64,000 nt of DNA, taken from an uncultured Acidobacteriota bacterium. GTDB lineage: Bacteria > Acidobacteriota > UBA6911. This document shows, piece after piece, positions 8,989 to 18,557 of this stretch. The position numbers and the translations under genes are program-made. The stretch covers positions 672,001 through 736,000 of the forward strand of contig CAWEJX010000020.1 in assembly GCA_963809485.1 (NCBI GenBank). Direction: 5' to 3'. The notes beneath the pieces were generated by a model. It was not told where the DNA came from. It saw only the letters and a program-made list of their open reading frames with translations, and did not search any database. Position 1 is the stretch's first letter. Each line of letters starts with the position of its first letter.

Positions 8989-10116
8989 ATGCCGAAAAAA
9001 AAGAGCGCCGGCCCTAAAACAAAGCAGGCTGCAGAGAAGAACGTTCTGAGCGCAATTCGCGCGTCCGCGGAAGACATTCACGGCAAGATCATGGCCCGTA
9101 AAAAGCCCACCATGAAGCTTCCGGTGCGCTCGCTGTCCAATGTCCGATATCAGCCTCAGCGCGGCTTTTTTGAAATGACAGGCCAGAAGAAAGAGCGCAC
9201 CCTCACGGTCAATACCGTGAAAACCTTCGCGCAGACGCTGCGCATGGTGGCGCTTTCCAAAGAGCTTGTCGAAAACGACGATATCGCCACGAAAAGAGAA
9301 GCGTACTACGTATCCAAAAACTGGGAGGATGCCCGTTTCAACGAACAACCGGAATCGGATACCGTCATGGATGATGTCGAAGCCTACTTCGGCGTCAACC
9401 GCGAGCAACTGGGCTTTATCCCCGAGGAGAAAGGGGGAGATGTGGCCGGACGCCTGTTCGTGGTCGATCACGACCGCGACACAGGGAAAGTGCTGCGCAT
9501 CGACTGCACCAAATTCGGCTCGGGCGCCTACAGCATCCCTATCTCGGTCGAGCAGCTGCAGTTCGAGACCAATGCCAGCTTCATTCTCGTGATCGAAACA
9601 GCCGGAATGTTCCAACGGCTGGTGAAGCACAACTACTGGAAAAAGGCCAATTGCATCCTCATCAGCATGGGGGGCGTGCCGACCAGGGCTTGCCGCCGCT
9701 TCATCCGGCGGCTTGCCGATTTTAAAAAGGTCCCAGTCTATGTTTTTGTTGACGGAGATCCTTACGGCATCACGAACATCTACCGGACACTGAAAGTGGG
9801 ATCCGGGAATGCCGCGCACCTGAATGAATTCTTCTGCGTGCCGCAGGCCAGATTTTTGGGAATTACGCCGCGGGATATCGTCGACTATAAACTGCCGACG
9901 CACCCGCTGAAGGACGTGGATATAAAGAGAGCCCGGGACGCCATCAAAAACGATCCTTTCATAAAGCATTACCGGGAGTGGGTGCATGCGATCGAGTACC
10001 TCCTCGAGATGGGTGTTCGCGCCGAGCAGCAGGCCCTGGCAAAACACGGCTTGAACTACGTCATCGACACCTATCTGCCCGAAAAGCTCGCTCATCCGGA
10101 GCGCTTTCTGCCGTAA
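8989..10116 (+). CDS. top6A: DNA topoisomerase VI subunit A (Spo11-like)
   Basis: REAYY catalytic Tyr motif; F.EQ.ESD; TOPRIM IET, GVP and DGDPYG; AEQQAL. Confidence 0.95.
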   Translation: MPKKKSAGPKTKQAAEKNVLSAIRASAEDIHGKIMARKKPTMKLPVRSLSNVRYQPQRGFFEMTGQKKERTLTVNTVKTFAQTLRMVALSKELVENDDIATKREAYYVSKNWEDARFNEQPESDTVMDDVEAYFGVNREQLGFIPEEKGGDVAGRLFVVDHDRDTGKVLRIDCTKFGSGAYSIPISVEQLQFETNASFILVIETAGMFQRLVKHNYWKKANCILISMGGVPTRACRRFIRRLADFKKVPVYVFVDGDPYGITNIYRTLKVGSGNAAHLNEFFCVPQARFLGITPRDIVDYKLPTHPLKDVDIKRARDAIKNDPFIKHYREWVHAIEYLLEMGVRAEQQALAKHGLNYVIDTYLPEKLAHPERFLP

Positions 10117-10342
10117 AAACGCCGAAAACCGGGAACCTTCCAAAGCTCCGTGCCGCCATGAGCAGGACATTCTTTTGCCGGGATTGGGCGGTAAGAAGCC
10201 GGGATCGGACCTGGATATAGAGCTATATCCCATCAAATCAGCCCCCGATTGACAACCGGCACACGGGACATTATCAAAGACCATGGGCTCAGGTCGCCAG
10301 GCCTCTGCGGCCAGGGCCATGGATTTGCGGAAAGGAGACAAT

Positions 10343-11294
10343 ATGGGAGAAAAGAAAATCATCGCCGTTGTGGGGGCCACCGGCTCACAGGGCGGAGGTC
10401 TGGTGCGCAGGATTCTAAGCGATCCGAACAACGAGTTCATCGCGCGAGCAATCACGAGAAACATAAACAGCGATAAAGCCAAAGAACTCGCGGAGCTGGG
10501 GGCCCAGGTCGTGGAAGCAGATCTGGACGACACCCCCGGGCTGGAAAGAGCATTCGCGGGAGCCTACGGAGTCTATTGCGTCACTTTTTATCTGGGAGCA
10601 TTTCTCGCCTGAAAAGGAACTGGCTCATGCGGCAGCAATGGCCAGGGCGGCGAAGAACACCGGCATTCAGCATGTGATCTGGTCCACGCTCGAGGATACG
10701 CGGAAATGGATTCCTTTGAGCGACAACCGGATGCCGACCCTGATGGGAAAATACAAAGTTCCCCACTTTGACGCAAAAGGAGAAGCCAACCACCTTTTCG
10801 CGGACCTTGGACTGCCGACAACCTTTATGCTGACTTCGTTCTACTGGGATAATCTTATCGGGTTTGGCATGGGTCCGCGGAAAAATCCGGACGGATCCTG
10901 GTCCATCACGCTGCCGATGGGGGATAAAAAGCTTCCCGGCATCGCAGCAGAAGACATTGGGGGCTGCGCCTTCGGAATCTTCAAAAAAGGAGCGGAATTC
11001 GTGGGCCGGACCGTGGGAATCGCGGGTGAGCACCTGACAGGCAGGCAGATGGCGGAAGCGCTGAGCCGTGCGCTGGGCCGGGAAGTGCGTTACAACGATG
11101 TCCCTCCGGAACTGTATCGAAGCTTCGCATTTCCAGGGGCCGAGGATCTCGGAAACATGTTCCAATTCAAGAGAGATTTTGAAGGTTACTTTTGCGGGGC
11201 GAGAGATATAGGATTTTCCCGTTCCCTGAATCCCGGACTGCAAACCTTTGAGGATTGGCTCAGACGAAATAAGGATCGCATACCCCTTGAGTAG
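10343..11294 (+). CDS. NmrA/HSCARG-family NAD(P)-binding protein; one +1 frameshift near 10590
   Basis: VVGATGSQGG Rossmann motif in one frame; KVPHFDAK in the next; removing one base near 10590 restores ...VTFFWEHFSPEKELAHA... Confidence 0.82.
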
Positions 11295-11420
11295 AGGACC
11301 GGCCGGGTCATAATTCAGGTATGAATATTTCTTGTCCGCATCGGTAGCAGGCGGCGGAAGCGAAAATCCGGCCGGCAGAATAGAAATGCTGCAGGTTCTC
11401 CGCAGCGGCAATATTAAACA

Positions 11421-11726
11421 ATGAGTTACTTCAATGATATTCAAAGAACTGTCCGGAGGATACCGCGGGGAAAAGTAGCAACCTATGGCAGTGTGGCTCG
11501 CGCCGCGGGACATCCTGGAACTGCCCGCCAGGTAGCCTGGGCGCTTCGCGCTTCAAATTCAGAGACAATGCCCTGGCATCGAGTCCTCGGCCGAGGCGGC
11601 AGGATTCTGCTCCCCGGAGAGGCCGGACTGAACCAGCGGTCGCTTCTCGAAGTTGAAGGCGTCCGCTTTAAGGGCAACCGAGTGGACGTCAGCGGCAGTG
11701 AATTTGACTTTGATGAATTGAAGTGA
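11421..11726 (+). CDS. Alkyltransferase-like (ATL/YbaZ) protein, MGMT family
   Basis: IPRGKVATYG...ARQVAWAL...PWHRV (Trp replaces the catalytic Cys of PCHRV). Confidence 0.9.
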   Translation: MSYFNDIQRTVRRIPRGKVATYGSVARAAGHPGTARQVAWALRASNSETMPWHRVLGRGGRILLPGEAGLNQRSLLEVEGVRFKGNRVDVSGSEFDFDELK

Positions 11727-11824
11727 GGTGTTAGCTTAGAGCACCCTAAAGGCGGTCGCCCAAATTCCCTATTGGCGCACTCCTTGCAGGCTGCTGTTAA
11801 TCCTGTACTTTAATGGGCAAAATT

Positions 11825-12085
11825 TTAATGCAAAACATCCAAGGTCCTCAAAATACCCACTACCCCAACCATAATCCAGAAAATATTCAATAGGGAATAG
11901 GCGGCATCCTTTTTCAAAATTGCGCACCATGAGAGTAAGACAGCGTCAATAGTATTGAAGATCCATACAAAAAGGAATGGGCTGGCGGGACCTAACCAGC
12001 TTACCAGTGAAAAGCTGAATATCCTCATCACTACGCCTATCATTTCGATAATTCGTATATTATTCAAAACTAAAGAATTCAGCAT
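11825..12085 (-). CDS. Small hydrophobic membrane protein, AT-rich
   Basis: 86 aa, about 3 TM stretches, RBS AGGGG; composition visibly more AT-rich than the flanks. Confidence 0.65.
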   Translation of the reverse strand: MLNSLVLNNIRIIEMIGVVMRIFSFSLVSWLGPASPFLFVWIFNTIDAVLLSWCAILKKDAAYSLLNIFWIMVGVVGILRTLDVLH

Positions 12086-12193
12086 AGTTTATTCCCCTGT
12101 TATACGTCACTCCTTTTGCCGCTCCATCTTATGCCACAACTCACCAGCTCCGTGAGTAGCAATCGCGATCCGCACCATAATGGTCAGCGTATA

Positions 12194-13774
12194 TCAGCGG
12201 TACCAATATCGTGGAACTGTCGTATTCCAGGAACTCCCCGGCAAAGTCGGGGAGTTATCGATGGGCCGGTATCGGGCATCCGGGACATTTTCGCTTTGAA
12301 TCCCTGCCGCCGGGTAAATCCGATAAAGCATGGGCGCAACCTGCTCCTGCTTGCAGTTTTTGAGCAGAAAATGCACATCAAGAAACTCGCCCTCGAAGTA
12401 GGACCAGCCCAGGGGATCTTTGCTGAGGTAAACCGGGATCCCCTCCGCCCAGGCGACTCGTATCGCTGTTTCTGCGTTCCCCGCATCCCAGTTCCAGCCC
12501 GACCAGAGAATTTGCCAGCCGGGACGCAATCCGATTCCGCGGTAGTAATCGAGCACAGGACTGTAGTTGCCGGCAATAAGCAAACCCTTATCCGGAATGG
12601 AATCACGCATGACGCGGGCAAATTCGATTTTCCGCGTCTGGGCTTGCCGATAGGGTGAAAGCACTGCGAGCGCAGCTCCGAAGACAAGGATCTGGACCGC
12701 CGCCCAGATAGCCGGACCTTTCCGGGAAGGCACCCAGCGCTGATACAGAGACGCGCATAATATGAGCGAAGCGGGCAGAGCCACGAGGGCATATCGGGGG
12801 TGCATCTGCACATCCGCATCGCGCCACAGCACCGATATCGGCAGGAGCAGGCAGGCGACGACTCCCCAGGCAGCATTCGGGATGGATCCGGGGCACTGCG
12901 AACGCTCGCCCGCGGCACTCAGGGGATTCGGTCGATGGAAGAGCCTGTAAAGGCCCGCGCCGGCTGCGGCAAACCAGGCGCCGGGACAAACGGCCAGTGT
13001 AAACAGGAGGCTCGCCTGGAAGTTGTTCCGGAACTGTATGGGACCGGTTGGAATCGCATGAAGCCAGGTCCGGGTTCGCTCAATGAATCCGGCCTGATCC
13101 CGGAAATAGAAAACCATCGCAGGCGCCAGGGCTACAGACGCTGCTGAAACCGCGAACAGAGCTGCTGATCGTATCCGGGATCGGGTGTTATCGCGCCGGC
13201 AGCAGATAATCCAAATCAGCGCTGCTGCCAGCGTCAGAGCCTGCTCCCTGATTCCGATTGCAAAGCCAAAAAAAACGCCTCCCAAAATATCGTTCAAGGA
13301 AGCTTTCTGGCTGCCGGATTTCCAAAGGATCAGCGCCGATGCAGTGAGAGCGGCAAGCATCGGGACTTCGGTCATGATAAATCCCGCATATAAAGCGTAC
13401 AACGGGGATATGGCCAAACCCAAGGCCGCCATCCGGCTTGCGGGAGAACGCAGGATTTTTCGGCCTAATCGATGGAAGAGTATAACGCCCAGAGTCCCCA
13501 GCAAAACTGCACCGGCCATCGTCACGGTTTCCACCTGTTGGGACTCGAGATGAAAGAGGGTCTTCGCCGATTCCCAAAGCAGGATGTTGTAACCGAGGAA
13601 TACCGGTCTTCCAATTCCAAGCGCCGAAACCTGATGGGAGACAATCTGTTTGAGATAGTCAAAACTATCCCATTGCCCGAGAAAAGGCGCGCTATATGCG
13701 ACGTAGAGATAAAATGCAGCGATGGGCAGAATTATTGAAGATTTCGGAATTTTCAGTGCTCTCTCCCCATCCAT
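12194..13774 (-). CDS. GT-C fold (PMT/GT39-like) membrane glycosyltransferase
   Basis: N-terminal TM followed by WDS.DY loop and RP motif; many TMs; MTEVP, IREQ, HPRY. Confidence 0.6.
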   Translation of the reverse strand: MDGERALKIPKSSIILPIAAFYLYVAYSAPFLGQWDSFDYLKQIVSHQVSALGIGRPVFLGYNILLWESAKTLFHLESQQVETVTMAGAVLLGTLGVILFHRLGRKILRSPASRMAALGLAISPLYALYAGFIMTEVPMLAALTASALILWKSGSQKASLNDILGGVFFGFAIGIREQALTLAAALIWIICCRRDNTRSRIRSAALFAVSAASVALAPAMVFYFRDQAGFIERTRTWLHAIPTGPIQFRNNFQASLLFTLAVCPGAWFAAAGAGLYRLFHRPNPLSAAGERSQCPGSIPNAAWGVVACLLLPISVLWRDADVQMHPRYALVALPASLILCASLYQRWVPSRKGPAIWAAVQILVFGAALAVLSPYRQAQTRKIEFARVMRDSIPDKGLLIAGNYSPVLDYYRGIGLRPGWQILWSGWNWDAGNAETAIRVAWAEGIPVYLSKDPLGWSYFEGEFLDVHFLLKNCKQEQVAPMLYRIYPAAGIQSENVPDARYRPIDNSPTLPGSSWNTTVPRYWYR

Positions 13775-13838
13775 CGATACAAAGGATTATCCAATTGACA
13801 GGTCAGTCTCCGGCATTGGAGGAATAATTGCACGGGGA

Positions 13839-14837
13839 CTAAACGGTCCGGCGCCGGGAGGAAACGTAGTCTTTGGCAGCCGGGTACGGGCCCCACGATT
13901 CGGCTTTCAGGACCCCCCGGACAATGGCAGTTGCCAGAGCGTCTGCAGCCAAGGCCCCTATCAATCCTGCATCCGTCCCGCCTTCTGCCGGCCAGGTTCC
14001 CGTACTGAGCGCAAAAACCGTGTCTCCGTCCCACGGCATATGGGAAGGGCTTATGGACCGCGCCAGTCCGTCATGGGCCATTGCGGCAACCCGGGCGCAT
14101 TGCATTTTGGAAAGGCTCGCATTGGTTGCCACGACTGCAAGAACTGTGTTCCCGTGAAAAGAGGTATCCGGCCTGCAACCCCTGCGCAACTCCTCCATGG
14201 CGCCGGCAAATCCCTTGTTGTCTGCCGAGCGGGCGCCTGCAACGATTCTGCCGGTTGACGGATCGACCACGTCCCCGATCGAATTGACCGCGACCAGCGC
14301 CCCCACCTTGAGTCCATCGGGTCGCGACAGCGCCCACGAACCCAGTCCTCCCTTCATGGCCCGCCCGGCGCCCAGCATTTTGCCCACGGTAGCGCCGGCG
14401 CCGGCGCCCGCATTCCCTTCAGGAACCGGATTGCTGCTTGCGGCGCTTATCGCTTCGTAACCGGCCGAGGCATCCGGCCGGATACTGGAATTTCCCAGCG
14501 TGAGGTCGAAGAGAATGGCGCCGCACACAATAGGGATTTTGATTCCCTGGGCATCGAAGCCTCTTCCCTGCTCTTCCAGGTATCGGACAACGCCCGATCC
14601 GGTATCGAGACCAAATGCGCTTCCGCCCGAAAGCACAATCGCGTCGATTTCCTCCACACTGTTTCCCGGCTTCAGCAGTTCGGCTTCGCGTGTGCCCGGC
14701 GCCCCGCCGCGCACATCGACGGACGCCACGAATGGCCTCGGTGCGGTGATGACCGTGCAACCTGTGGGACGCTCCGGCGAAGTATAATGTCCTACCAGAA
14801 CCGGTTCGACATCGGTGAGTGATGGCGTTCGCGTCAT
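13839..14837 (-). CDS. P1/S58-family peptidase (DmpA-like Ntn hydrolase)
   Basis: TGCTV, VDVRGGAPGTRE, LSGGSAFGL, KGGLG, GN/TV cleavage site, HDGLAR, DGDTVF. Confidence 0.9.
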   Translation of the reverse strand: MTRTPSLTDVEPVLVGHYTSPERPTGCTVITAPRPFVASVDVRGGAPGTREAELLKPGNSVEEIDAIVLSGGSAFGLDTGSGVVRYLEEQGRGFDAQGIKIPIVCGAILFDLTLGNSSIRPDASAGYEAISAASSNPVPEGNAGAGAGATVGKMLGAGRAMKGGLGSWALSRPDGLKVGALVAVNSIGDVVDPSTGRIVAGARSADNKGFAGAMEELRRGCRPDTSFHGNTVLAVVATNASLSKMQCARVAAMAHDGLARSISPSHMPWDGDTVFALSTGTWPAEGGTDAGLIGALAADALATAIVRGVLKAESWGPYPAAKDYVSSRRRTV

Positions 14838-15268
14838 AATTTATCCTGACAGAAGTTAAGGGATCGCCCGGAAACCGGCGTATCCCTGAGATTCCATGCA
14901 GAGTGTTTCAAAATTTGGCGGCATCCGCAACTGCTTATTGGAATGCCTCCAGGCTTTTTGCTTTCAGATCCCAGATCCGGTGAATAGGGGATTTCTCCGG
15001 ATTATTTGGGATTCAATATTCCGTGAATTTTGTGTATTTCGTGTTAAAAACTACAGGAGGCAGGCATTTCTATGGAATTCCGTGAACCCGGCTTCTGGAT
15101 TTCCCTTCTGATCGGCCTGTGCTGTCTTGGGATTTTCATTGCCTGGTTGCGCAAAGGAGGCAGGAAACCCCCGTCGCAATGAAAGAGGGTACTCAGAGGT
15201 AGTGTATTACTCCCGGGATTTTGATAGATTACTCGCGGCTTCTTTTGCCGGGGCGAAAGCTGGGATCC

Positions 15269-17299
15269 ATGCAGACAATCAAACGCATTTTGTTGACCGG
15301 GGGCGGCACGGCGGGTCACGTCAACCCGGCGCTGGCAATCGGCTCGGCTCTGGCATCTGAGGGAACACGGTTCCTTTTCGTCGGTGTTCGAGGCAGAGTC
15401 GAGGAGGAGGTCGTGCCTCGCGAAGGCATCCCGATCCGATACGTGCGGGCATCGGGATTTCCTGCCGGATTTACCCCCGCGCTCGCCAAATTCCTGCTAA
15501 ACCTGCTCATAGGCACAGGCCAATCCGTCTACATTTTGCTCAGATTCCGGCCCGATATAATCGTGGGAACCGGCGGCTATGTTTCGGCGCCCGTCATCAT
15601 GGCAGCCTCCTTTCTGCGCAAAATCCGTTTGTGCAAGGCGCGCGTGTTCATACACGAACAGAATGCCGTTCCGGGAAAGCTGAACCGGTTGATGGGACGG
15701 GCAGCGGACCGGGTCCTGGTCACTTTCCCCGAGACCCTGACTTATTTCCCCAAAAACGGAGCGCTCGTAGGGTATCCGCTGCGCAGGCGCATAGCCAGAG
15801 TCAGCCGTGAAGAGGCGCGGCAGAAGCTGGATTTTATAATTCCGGAGGGGAGAAAAATCGTCCTGGTATTCGGGGGATCCCAGGGATCGCGGATCATCAA
15901 CCGCGCCCTGGTCGACGCGCTGGGCAGCCTCCTTCCCGCGCGCGACCGATTGTTTGTCATCCACGGAGTCGGCCTTTTCAGGAGCCGCGAGTACAATGCC
16001 ATCGAAGATACCGAAGAGAGGCTGCGCGGGTCCTACAGCGCCGAGCAGCTCAAATCCATCGGGGGCTTTTATGCCTACCGTGCATTCTTTCACAATATCG
16101 AGCTCCTGTACGCCTTGAGCGACCTGGCTGTGGCACGGGCCGGAGCCGGAAGCCTGAGCGAAATCTCGGCTATGGGGCTTCCTGCCCTGATAATTCCGAA
16201 ATCCAATCTTCCGGGCGATCACCAGGTAATGAACGCCCGCGCCATGGAAAGGGCCGGAGGCGCGGAAATTCTATACGAACAGGTAGCCATCCTGAACGGC
16301 AGGCTTTCGGAATATATCGATGGAAATGTTCTGGCAGAGAAAATACTCTCGTTGCTTCAGGACGATGACCGGCTGCTTGAAATGAGCCGGCACAATCGCT
16401 CTTTTCTGAACCAGAATGCCCTCGCCCTCATTGAGCAGCAGATACTGGGAAACGGGGCGGTACAGGTTCCTGCTCCCGCCGTGCAGCCGCCTGAGGCCGT
16501 TCCCCTTCCGGGGAACGCCGCTCTTTTGGCCAGGCTCGAGAGGGCTCATGCAAAACTCCGATCCGCCTATAAGCCCGAACGCGTTATTTCACGCCCGCAG
16601 GACCTGGAGTACCTAAAAAATCGGGCGAGCTCCCTGCTTCTGCACCCCGACTGGCAGGAGCGGAATGTCGGTGTCAAGCTTCTTGGATTGCTCGATGCAA
16701 GGGAAAAGGTGACATCTCTGGTCACGCTTTTTTTCGACCGGGAACCAGCCCCATTTTTAAAACGGCTACTGGGAGGGGACTTCAAGCAGGTCGGATTCAT
16801 CCGGCGCAACATCATAATGGCGCTCGTCCGGCTTAACGAATGCACTCCGGAGGTGGGAAAAGCGCTTCTTACGGGATTGGGGGATCCTTATTATGAGGTA
16901 AGGGTTGAGTCCGCCCATGCAGCGGCGTTTTTCGGTGACAGGCTCTCTTCTCCGGAGCCTTTGATTGCAGCATTAATAAAGCTGTTGTCCGATCCGATTA
17001 TCGATGTGGCAGCAGCCGCGGCCGAAGCTCTCGGGAAGATCGGGAGCAGGGAGAATGCCCTGCCGGTTCTTCTCAACCTGTGGGACACAAAGTTCTGGAG
17101 GGTAAGGGCTGCCGTACTGCGCGGAATCCTTCACCTCGTGGAGCGCGGGGAAGCAACCGACTATGAAACGCTTGAGAAACAGGTGCCTCAGTTCATTTTG
17201 ACGTCCACCGATTTCAAACCGCAGTTTGAAATCAGGTCTGCCTACCGTCAGCTCATGGAATCCGTTTCCAGGAAAAAAGCCGGGGGAAGCGTGCAATGA
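15269..17299 (+). CDS. murG: MurG glycosyltransferase fused to a C-terminal HEAT-repeat domain
   Basis: GGGTAGH, GGYVS, HEQN, GGSQG, RAGA...E, DHQ..NA; about 270-aa extension with L.DP..EVR..A / L.DP..DV..AA.ALG / WRVRAA HEAT motifs. Confidence 0.88.
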   Translation: MQTIKRILLTGGGTAGHVNPALAIGSALASEGTRFLFVGVRGRVEEEVVPREGIPIRYVRASGFPAGFTPALAKFLLNLLIGTGQSVYILLRFRPDIIVGTGGYVSAPVIMAASFLRKIRLCKARVFIHEQNAVPGKLNRLMGRAADRVLVTFPETLTYFPKNGALVGYPLRRRIARVSREEARQKLDFIIPEGRKIVLVFGGSQGSRIINRALVDALGSLLPARDRLFVIHGVGLFRSREYNAIEDTEERLRGSYSAEQLKSIGGFYAYRAFFHNIELLYALSDLAVARAGAGSLSEISAMGLPALIIPKSNLPGDHQVMNARAMERAGGAEILYEQVAILNGRLSEYIDGNVLAEKILSLLQDDDRLLEMSRHNRSFLNQNALALIEQQILGNGAVQVPAPAVQPPEAVPLPGNAALLARLERAHAKLRSAYKPERVISRPQDLEYLKNRASSLLLHPDWQERNVGVKLLGLLDAREKVTSLVTLFFDREPAPFLKRLLGGDFKQVGFIRRNIIMALVRLNECTPEVGKALLTGLGDPYYEVRVESAHAAAFFGDRLSSPEPLIAALIKLLSDPIIDVAAAAAEALGKIGSRENALPVLLNLWDTKFWRVRAAVLRGILHLVERGEATDYETLEKQVPQFILTSTDFKPQFEIRSAYRQLMESVSRKKAGGSVQ

Positions 17300-18402
17300 T
17301 CTATTTTCTCGGAAAATACCTCCACCCGCATTTCGATACGTTTTCTTTTCTGCGGCTCGTCGATTATCTTTCGGCAAGATCCATCGGCGCAGCCCTGACC
17401 GCCATAGTGCTTACACTGTTCTTCACCCCGATCTTCATTCGCTATCTCCACCGGCATGGATATGTGGATCAGTCGCGGGATACCGGCATCGCTTCCTCAT
17501 CCGACAAGGCGGGGACTCCCTCAATCGGGGGCGCCATAATGACAGGGTGCGTGCTGGTATCGTGTCTGCTCTGGTGCAATCTTTCCAATGTATACCTGCT
17601 GGTTGTATTGCTGGGGATGGTCTGGTTCGGCGGGATCGGGCTGATCGATGACCTTGCCAAGACGAAGGCGGGATCCGGAGACCGGGGGCTTTCGGAAACC
17701 AAGAAGCTCCTGTTTCAGGCTTTGTTTGCGGCCGCTCTTTCGATTTTTCTGGTAAGCCCATTCTCACCGCTCCCGTCCGGCCAGCTTGGAGCCTTTTATC
17801 TTCCGTTTCTAAAATCCCCGCTGTTCAATTCCATATGGATCTATATCCCGATCATGTTTTTCTTCGTACTCGTAGTCGGCAATTCCGTGAATATCACCGA
17901 CGGGCTGGACGGGCTTGCCATCGTGCCTTCCGTATTTGTCGTGGGGGTCCTCGGTGTGTTCGGATATCTGCTGGGTAACACCATCTGGGCTCGATACCTG
18001 AATTATCCATTTCTTCCCGGGACCGGCGAACTAGCAATCTTCTGTTCCGCATTCGCCGGCGCGGGAATCGGCTTCCTCTGGTTTAACGCTTACCCGGCGC
18101 AGGTTTTTATGGGCGATACCGGATCCCTGGCTATCGGCGGATGCATGGCGGTTCTCTCGATTGTTCTAAAGCAGGAAGCCCTTTTTCTGATCCTTGGAGG
18201 CCTTTTTGTAGCCGAGGCTGCCAGCTCGCAGATCCAGGATAAAATCGGGATCCGCTGGCTGGGCAGAAGGATTTTCCTCCGCGCTCCGCTGCATCACCGG
18301 ATGCAGCATAAGGGGCTTGCGGAAACGAAAGTCGTCATACGGCTCTGGATAGCCTCCGGGATATTGGCCCTTGCCGCGCTGGCCACCTTGAAGCTGCGTT
18401 GA
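17296..18402 (+). CDS. mraY: Phospho-N-acetylmuramoyl-pentapeptide transferase (divergent MraY)
   Basis: KAGTPSIGG, GLIDD, NSVNITDGLDGLA, FNAYPAQVFMGDTGS, APLHHR; ATGA overlap with murG. Confidence 0.92.
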   Translation: MIYFLGKYLHPHFDTFSFLRLVDYLSARSIGAALTAIVLTLFFTPIFIRYLHRHGYVDQSRDTGIASSSDKAGTPSIGGAIMTGCVLVSCLLWCNLSNVYLLVVLLGMVWFGGIGLIDDLAKTKAGSGDRGLSETKKLLFQALFAAALSIFLVSPFSPLPSGQLGAFYLPFLKSPLFNSIWIYIPIMFFFVLVVGNSVNITDGLDGLAIVPSVFVVGVLGVFGYLLGNTIWARYLNYPFLPGTGELAIFCSAFAGAGIGFLWFNAYPAQVFMGDTGSLAIGGCMAVLSIVLKQEALFLILGGLFVAEAASSQIQDKIGIRWLGRRIFLRAPLHHRMQHKGLAETKVVIRLWIASGILALAALATLKLR

Positions 18403-18557
18403 CCATCGTTTATCACGCAGGCAGTCTTGACCCGGGTTTCCAATAGTCTTTCGCGGCGAAACGGCGAACAGTGAATGGACACGGGGTGCGCGACAGATGA
18501 AGACGGCCCCGGTTCTGGCCACAATCCCGCAAACCCGTAATTCTTGAGGACGGATCA

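Noticed and set aside
7302-10533. Long antisense ORFs opposite top6B/top6A (also opposite ffh, the STAND gene and the sulfatase)
   Set aside because: Shadow ORFs expected from GC-rich codon bias; no recognisable motifs
10600-10640. TGA in the nmrA-like gene as possible selenocysteine, given selB in the window
   Set aside because: The downstream coding is in a different frame and the position is not a Cys site; a frameshift explains it
11727-12140. Integron attC sites around the AT-rich gene
   Set aside because: GTT/AAC cores are in the wrong order and no bottom-strand hairpin with L boxes is evident; no intI in the window
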